Shown here in pieces: positions 15,458-20,000 of a stretch of DNA of 20,000 nucleotides. The DNA is taken from the IMG/VR virus record IMGVR_UViG_3300046368_000651, positions 55,759 through 75,758 of that record; one strand, written 5' to 3'. The notes beneath the pieces were generated by a model. It ran no database searches. It saw only the letters and a program-made list of their open reading frames with translations, and was not told where the DNA came from. The number at the start of each line of letters is the position of its first letter. The first letter of the stretch is position 1. This DNA is from an uncultured virus (IMG/VR IMGVR_UViG_3300046368_000651). Taxonomy: Duplodnaviria > Heunggongvirae > Uroviricota > Caudoviricetes. The position numbers and the translations under genes were made by a program.

Positions 15458-15693
15458 TATGTTTGTTCTCCGTTATCATTGTAGTATTTACCCACATATG
15501 AATTTAGAGAATTTCCAACTACACCAGGATTGTCTTCGATGTAATTAGATGTTGTATACTCAAACAGCTCTATTTCAGCTTCGGTTAGTGCTGTGTTAAA
15601 CACATAGGTCTGAGCTATCAAACTTGCTTTAATTCCTGGATCGGTTTCTACTGCAATCTGAGCCAGTAAACTAGCATAGTTTGGATTTGCCAT
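15457..15693 (-). CDS. Hypothetical protein, possibly virion-associated
   Basis: TAATG overlaps on both sides, between the PAAR and fibre genes. Confidence 0.7.
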   Translation of the reverse strand: MANPNYASLLAQIAVETDPGIKASLIAQTYVFNTALTEAEIELFEYTTSNYIEDNPGVVGNSLNSYVGKYYNDNGEQT

Positions 15694-15986
15694 TATTCAT
15701 TTACCAACACAGACGCAACACCGTTGAGAGCCGAGTTTGCTGGAAAACTACCATGTCCTCCTGTGGCATCGCCTGATCTATGAACAAGTTCGCCTTCGCA
15801 GTATACGTTTGGACTTGTGCCTACTACTGGATCGCCACATGATGTTGCATCTCCATCTCTAATTACGTTACCTAATCCAGCAAATACGCTGGTTTGTGAG
15901 GCAACATATTTTGTTTGGTGGAAAGGATTTGGAGTAGGACTTGCGTGTCCTACATGTTTATATTTGTCAGTAACTAACTGAGGCAT
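15693..15986 (-). CDS. PAAR-repeat spike tip protein (T4 gp5.4-like)
   Basis: SVFAGLGNVIRDGDATSCG and NVYCEGELVHRSGDATGGHG repeats with His/Cys Zn ligands; SD AGGAG. Confidence 0.82.
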   Translation of the reverse strand: MPQLVTDKYKHVGHASPTPNPFHQTKYVASQTSVFAGLGNVIRDGDATSCGDPVVGTSPNVYCEGELVHRSGDATGGHGSFPANSALNGVASVLVNE

Positions 15987-15994
15987 TTATACTC

Positions 15995-16285
15995 CTAGGC
16001 CATTTGAATGCCTGTGGTGCTAGTCATATATTGTTTGGCCATTTCTGGTTCTGTTTTGCACACAAACATCACTGTACTCTTATTTATCGGTACTTTTGCA
16101 TCCTGTGCAATAGTAAATGCAAATGGTGCTAGACCCATTCCTTGCTGTGTTGCCATTAGTGCAAGGGGCTTACTAACTGTAATAGTTTTGTCGTTTTCTT
16201 CAACAAAACGTGCAACAACTTCGTCGCCGCTGGTTGTTTTGATTGTAATTGTATCGTTTGTTTTGTATGGTGCTTCGATAATCAT
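15995..16285 (-). CDS. Conserved phage protein, possible Sm-like/SH3 beta fold
   Basis: TIKTTSGDEVVARF...TVSKPL...GLAPF...Y...TTGI pattern. Confidence 0.65.
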   Translation of the reverse strand: MIIEAPYKTNDTITIKTTSGDEVVARFVEENDKTITVSKPLALMATQQGMGLAPFAFTIAQDAKVPINKSTVMFVCKTEPEMAKQYMTSTTGIQMA

Positions 16286-16938
16286 TCGTATCCAAATCTT
16301 TCTTTTGTTTTTTTAAACTTATTTTGTATGTATTCTAAGTGTTCGTCACTTATTTCTAAATCTGGGTAGTTGTAATGGTTTCCTGGGCCGTCTTTTGCAT
16401 TAAATTTAGTAGTACTTAATAATGTCTTGAGAAACGGATTCTTACTTTTTGTACCTAGTCTTACTATTTCCATATCATCGGTATATTCATCGCCAATATC
16501 GTGTACACAGTGTCGAAAGAAAGCAGAATCATGTGCCAATGGCGATGCTGGATTTCTTTTAAAATCAGCAAGTTTTACATTATCATATTGTTTTACTAAA
16601 TTCATATGTACATCAAATGTGTATTCAGTTACTAGTTTAGAAGGCAGATGGCGATTATCTACAAAATATTTTGTCCTGTCAAAATTGTGATTCCAATGCC
16701 TCCAGTAGTGCCAGTAACCACTAATAAATCTTTCTATTGGATCGCGAACTAAAATATACATTGGCTTTCTGTTTGGAGTGCGCCTCATATATTCTTTTAC
16801 ACTAGTTCTTCCTGCTGCTGGATAAGCCGAATCATGCTCGACCCAAACATAGTCTTTTGACACTGTATGTCGCAACATAGTAGTGCCACACTTGTTAAAG
16901 AAAAACAGTACGCCCTTGTCGTTGTACAGGAATGCCAT
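16282..16938 (-). CDS. Sulfotransferase family 2-like protein
   Basis: 5'-PSB-like NKCGTT and 3'-PB-like VRDPIERFISGY. Confidence 0.7.
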   Translation of the reverse strand: MAFLYNDKGVLFFFNKCGTTMLRHTVSKDYVWVEHDSAYPAAGRTSVKEYMRRTPNRKPMYILVRDPIERFISGYWHYWRHWNHNFDRTKYFVDNRHLPSKLVTEYTFDVHMNLVKQYDNVKLADFKRNPASPLAHDSAFFRHCVHDIGDEYTDDMEIVRLGTKSKNPFLKTLLSTTKFNAKDGPGNHYNYPDLEISDEHLEYIQNKFKKTKERFGYE

Positions 16939-17028
16939 TTATTTTTTACGCTTTTTAGTAATTTTTGTTGCTCGTTTTGCAGCAACTTTCATCTTAGTTT
17001 TTGTTGCTCGAGGTTTACGAAGTGCCAT
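16939..17028 (-). CDS. 29-aa highly basic peptide missing from the ORF track
   Basis: MALRKPRATKTKMKVAAKRATKITKKRKK*. TAATG overlap with the glutaredoxin stop; its own stop abuts the next ATG. Confidence 0.7.
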   Translation of the reverse strand: MALRKPRATKTKMKVAAKRATKITKKRKK

Positions 17029-17279
17029 TATAAAGTATACCCTGTTCCGTTATATCCAGTATCTTCTAAGTATTTTACAAATTCATCATAGCCGCCAACT
17101 GCTTTGCCACCGACTGTAATTTGAGGAAATGTTCTAGCATTTGGAAATACTTCAAAAACTTGTTCTCTAGTAAAGTCTACGTCTAATTGTTTGTAGGTGT
17201 ACTCGTACTGCCGTGTTTCGCATAGGCTTTTTGCCCTGTTGCAAAACACACAATTCTCTTTACCCCATACCTCAATCAT
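17028..17279 (-). CDS. Glutaredoxin (NrdC/Grx-like)
   Basis: CVFC active site, TFPQI and VGGY; located directly downstream of nrdB. Confidence 0.92.
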   Translation of the reverse strand: MIEVWGKENCVFCNRAKSLCETRQYEYTYKQLDVDFTREQVFEVFPNARTFPQITVGGKAVGGYDEFVKYLEDTGYNGTGYTL

Positions 17280-18403
17280 AGACTAAAGCCTTTGAATGTA
17301 TCTGCTTCAACATCTTGCTTTGTGCCACCTGAAACATAACTTGTAATCTCTGTTTCTTGTGGAGCAACTTGTACATCTGCACCTGAGATCCATTTCTGTG
17401 TCCACGGCAGTGGGTTATTCTTTACACTATAAGGCGACTTTAGATTTACGTTAGTCATTCTACGTGTGCAAATCCATTCAATATACTGTCCTAGTAGTTC
17501 AGTATTCAAACCAATCATTGAGCCGTCTTTAAACAAATACTTTGCCCATGCTTTCTCTTGATCAACTGCATCTACAAACATCTGAATACATTCAGCTTCT
17601 GTTTCTTTTGCAATCTTAGCATAGTCTGGGTCGTCTGTTTTAAGAATCTTTAGTAGCATTTGTGTACTTGCCAAGTGCAAGTTTTCATCACGAGCAATTA
17701 GTTTAATAATTTTAGCATTGCCTTCCATTTTCTTTAGTTCAGCGAATGCCCAACTACACGCAAATGATACATAGAAACGCACACCCTCTAAGATGTTTAC
17801 ACTCATTAGTGTAAGCCACAAGTTTTTCTTTAGTTCATATAAATCAACTGTTTTCTTTTTACCATTGACTGTGTGAGTGCCTTCGCCTAACAAGTTGTAC
17901 CACATGCTTTGCTCAATTAAGTCGTCATAGTACTTTGAGATATCTCCAGCACAATCTACAATCTCTTCAATGTCCATTAGTTCATCAAAGATTTTACTAG
18001 GGTTGCTGTATACGTTGCGAATAATGTGTGTATAACTACGTGAGTGAATTGTTTCACTGAATGTCCATGTCTGGATCCAGTTCTCAATCTCTGGCAAGCT
18101 CACAATAGGAGCAAATGCTTCTACTGGTGCTCTACCTTGTACACTATCCAACAGGATCTGACGCTTCAAATTACTTGTAAAGATATGACGCTCGTGGTCA
18201 GTAAGTGCTTTAAAGTCCTTGCTGTCTTTGGTTACATCAACTTCTTCTGGTCGCCAAAAGAAACCAAGTTGCTTATCAGTTAGCCCGTCAAAGCTCTTAT
18301 ATTTTAGTGTATCGTAGCGTTGGATAGTCGGACCGCCCGACGGATCCAAAAACGCTAGAACCTTTGTGTGATCAGTTTTATTTGTTGTATCAAAAACGCT
18401 CAT
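17276..18403 (-). CDS. nrdB: Ribonucleotide reductase class Ia beta subunit
   Basis: FFWRPEEV, LLDSVQGR, SETIHSRSY (radical Tyr), LEGVRFY, RDENLH and VAPQETEITSY. Confidence 0.97.
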   Translation of the reverse strand: MSVFDTTNKTDHTKVLAFLDPSGGPTIQRYDTLKYKSFDGLTDKQLGFFWRPEEVDVTKDSKDFKALTDHERHIFTSNLKRQILLDSVQGRAPVEAFAPIVSLPEIENWIQTWTFSETIHSRSYTHIIRNVYSNPSKIFDELMDIEEIVDCAGDISKYYDDLIEQSMWYNLLGEGTHTVNGKKKTVDLYELKKNLWLTLMSVNILEGVRFYVSFACSWAFAELKKMEGNAKIIKLIARDENLHLASTQMLLKILKTDDPDYAKIAKETEAECIQMFVDAVDQEKAWAKYLFKDGSMIGLNTELLGQYIEWICTRRMTNVNLKSPYSVKNNPLPWTQKWISGADVQVAPQETEITSYVSGGTKQDVEADTFKGFSL

Positions 18404-18422
18404 GTGTGTATCCTTTTTTTAA

Positions 18423-18451
18423 GTTATAGCATATGTTTTCTAGTTTGTCAA
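18423..18451 (-). promoter_or_regulatory. Sigma70-type promoter TTGACA-N17-TATAAC upstream of nrdB
   Basis: AGTTGACA AACTAGAAAACATATGC TATAAC. Confidence 0.7.
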
Positions 18452-20000
18452 CTAGATAACGCAGGTTTCGCAATATTCGTCTTCGACGTCAGCTGATTCA
18501 AGTTCTGGTAAAGCTTCTGCACCCATCATTTTGTTGATATCTAATTCGCCTTGACCATCGTGTGTGTTAAAATAATACAGTTGCTTACCACCGTATTTAT
18601 AAAACATAAGCATGTGTTGTAGCATTGTACTCATTGGAATCTTTTCATCATCATAGAACACTGGATTGTAACTTGTGTTTACACTGATGCCTTGGTCGAT
18701 GTACTTCTGCAACACTGCCATAATTTTTAAGTAACCTTCTGGCGATTGCTGATCCCACAGTAGGTCGTACTTGTTCTTTAGACGCTTGTACTCTGGTACA
18801 ACCTGTTTAAGAACACCGTGCTTTGATTGCTTCACACTAATCAAACTACGTGGAGGTTCAATGCCGTTGGTTGCATTTGCAATCTGCGCACTTGTTTCAC
18901 TTGGCATAAGTGCCATTAGTGTTGAGTTACGAATGCCTGTATCTTTTAGCTGTGCTCTAAGTGCATCCCAATCCATACGCTCAACATGCGGCACCAACTC
19001 GTCTAAGTCTTTCTTATACGTTTGGTTAGGTGTAATACCGTGTCCGTACTTTGTTTCCATGTTGCCACTTGGTGCGCCAACTTCTGCTGCTAGGTCTGCA
19101 CTTGCTTTAATCAAATAGTAACTCCATGCTTCTGCATACTCGTCTACCATTGCTAACCCTTCAGCATCGATATTTTGATAATCAAGACCGTTCTTGGCTA
19201 ACCAATATGCAAAGTTAATAATACCAACGCCTAAAGGACGGCGTTTCTCTGTAGATAACTGTGCTGCTAGGATAGGATAGTTTTGGTAATCTAGTAGTGC
19301 ATCAAGTCCACGTACTGCTAGTTTTGCTACACGTTCAAAGTCTGCCGGAGTTCTAACATTACCCCAGTTGATTGCACTCAGCGTACACAAACTAATTTCA
19401 CCATCAGGGTCATCAAAACTCTTTAATGGCTTTGTTGGTAAGTCAATCTCTGCACACAAGTTTGATTGTTTAATAGGTGCAACGTCAGGAAGGAATGCGC
19501 CGTGGTCATTAGCATTATCAACATTCTGTAGATAGATACGACCTGTGTTCTTACGCTCTTCCATAAAGCTACCAAATAGTTGTGCGGCGGGAATAGTTTT
19601 TTTGCGTAGTCGTGTATTACGTTCAGCTGTTTCATATAGCTCACGGAATTTATCTTGGTCTGCAAAGAACGCATCATACAAGCCCGGTACATCACTAGGC
19701 GAGAAAAGAGTTATATCGCCGCCTGTAACAAGTCTTTCATACATTAGTTTGTTAAACTGTACACCATAGTCCATATGACGCACACGATTTTCTTCTGTGC
19801 CTTTGTTGTTCTTTAGCACAAGCATTTCTTCTGCTTCTAAATGCCAAATAGGATAATAAATTGTAGCTGCTCCGCCACGCACACCGCCTTGGCTGCATGA
19901 CTTTGTTGCTGCTTGAAACATCTTGTAGAAAGGGATAATACCTGTATGGTAAGCATCGCCCTTGCGGATTGGAGAACCAATAGCACGGATACTGCCGCCG
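18452..20000 (-). CDS. nrdA: Ribonucleotide reductase class Ia alpha subunit (5' part outside the window)
   Basis: SCSQGGVRGGAAT, QSNLCAEI, CTLSAINWG, MPSETSAQIANATNGIEP, KQLYYF and C-terminal CETC. The frame stays open to the window edge (GGSIRAIGSPIRKGDAYHTGIIPFYK). Confidence 0.97.
   Translation of the reverse strand, partial: GGSIRAIGSPIRKGDAYHTGIIPFYKMFQAATKSCSQGGVRGGAATIYYPIWHLEAEEMLVLKNNKGTEENRVRHMDYGVQFNKLMYERLVTGGDITLFSPSDVPGLYDAFFADQDKFRELYETAERNTRLRKKTIPAAQLFGSFMEERKNTGRIYLQNVDNANDHGAFLPDVAPIKQSNLCAEIDLPTKPLKSFDDPDGEISLCTLSAINWGNVRTPADFERVAKLAVRGLDALLDYQNYPILAAQLSTEKRRPLGVGIINFAYWLAKNGLDYQNIDAEGLAMVDEYAEAWSYYLIKASADLAAEVGAPSGNMETKYGHGITPNQTYKKDLDELVPHVERMDWDALRAQLKDTGIRNSTLMALMPSETSAQIANATNGIEPPRSLISVKQSKHGVLKQVVPEYKRLKNKYDLLWDQQSPEGYLKIMAVLQKYIDQGISVNTSYNPVFYDDEKIPMSTMLQHMLMFYKYGGKQLYYFNTHDGQGELDINKMMGAEALPELESADVEDEYCETCVI

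Noticed and set aside
2105..19769. Other short plus-strand and alternative-frame ORFs in the track (e.g. 2574..2891, 3593..3904, 4686..4880, 9647..9853, 12344..12550, 16797..16985, 18771..19118, 19423..19695)
   Set aside because: They lie within better-supported genes, and no protein motifs were recognised in them.
17276..20000. Introns, inteins or homing endonucleases in nrdA/nrdB, or an atypical metal-free beta subunit
   Set aside because: Both frames are continuous with no evident insertion in the visible part. NrdB retains the canonical D/E/H/E/E/H ligands and the radical Tyr.
1..20000. Stop-codon reassignment, CRISPR array or diversity-generating retroelement
   Set aside because: Genes are intact in code 11 and TAA, TAG and TGA all serve as stops. 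No regularly spaced DNA repeats, reverse transcriptase or TR/VR pair were seen.
1..20000. Bacterial chromosome origin (suggested by ssrA, aldolase, porin and pseudoazurin)
   Set aside because: These genes are interspersed with PAAR, fibre genes, T4-type late boxes and many short phage-style hypothetical genes in compact overlap, so a phage origin fits better.

Overview
This is a gene-dense, AT-rich segment, mostly on the minus strand, of a large tailed dsDNA phage (T4-like or jumbo myovirus type). Evidence for this: TA(TA)AATA late-promoter boxes, a PAAR spike tip, two fibre-like virion proteins, and nrdA-nrdB-glutaredoxin. The host is probably a marine alphaproteobacterium (Rhodobacterales-like; inferred). 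The window contains: (1) a complete circularly permuted, two-piece tmRNA of the alphaproteobacterial type (tag ANNNYAPEMALAA), whose intervening segment appears structured with two complementary-loop hairpins; (2) a tightly coupled 7-gene membrane/redox cassette behind its own sigma70-type promoter, including pseudoazurin, a DoxX-like protein and an aa3 cytochrome c oxidase subunit IV-like protein; (3) a porin-like outer membrane protein with its own promoter, 5' hairpin and terminator; (4) metabolic genes (class I fructose-bisphosphate aldolase, HAD phosphatase, phosphoribosyltransferase); (5) a SleB-type cell wall hydrolase next to a membrane-anchored coiled-coil protein; (6) radical SAM and sulfotransferase-like enzymes; (7) two small ORFs missing from the ORF track. 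All assignments come from motif recognition by eye; no database search was run.
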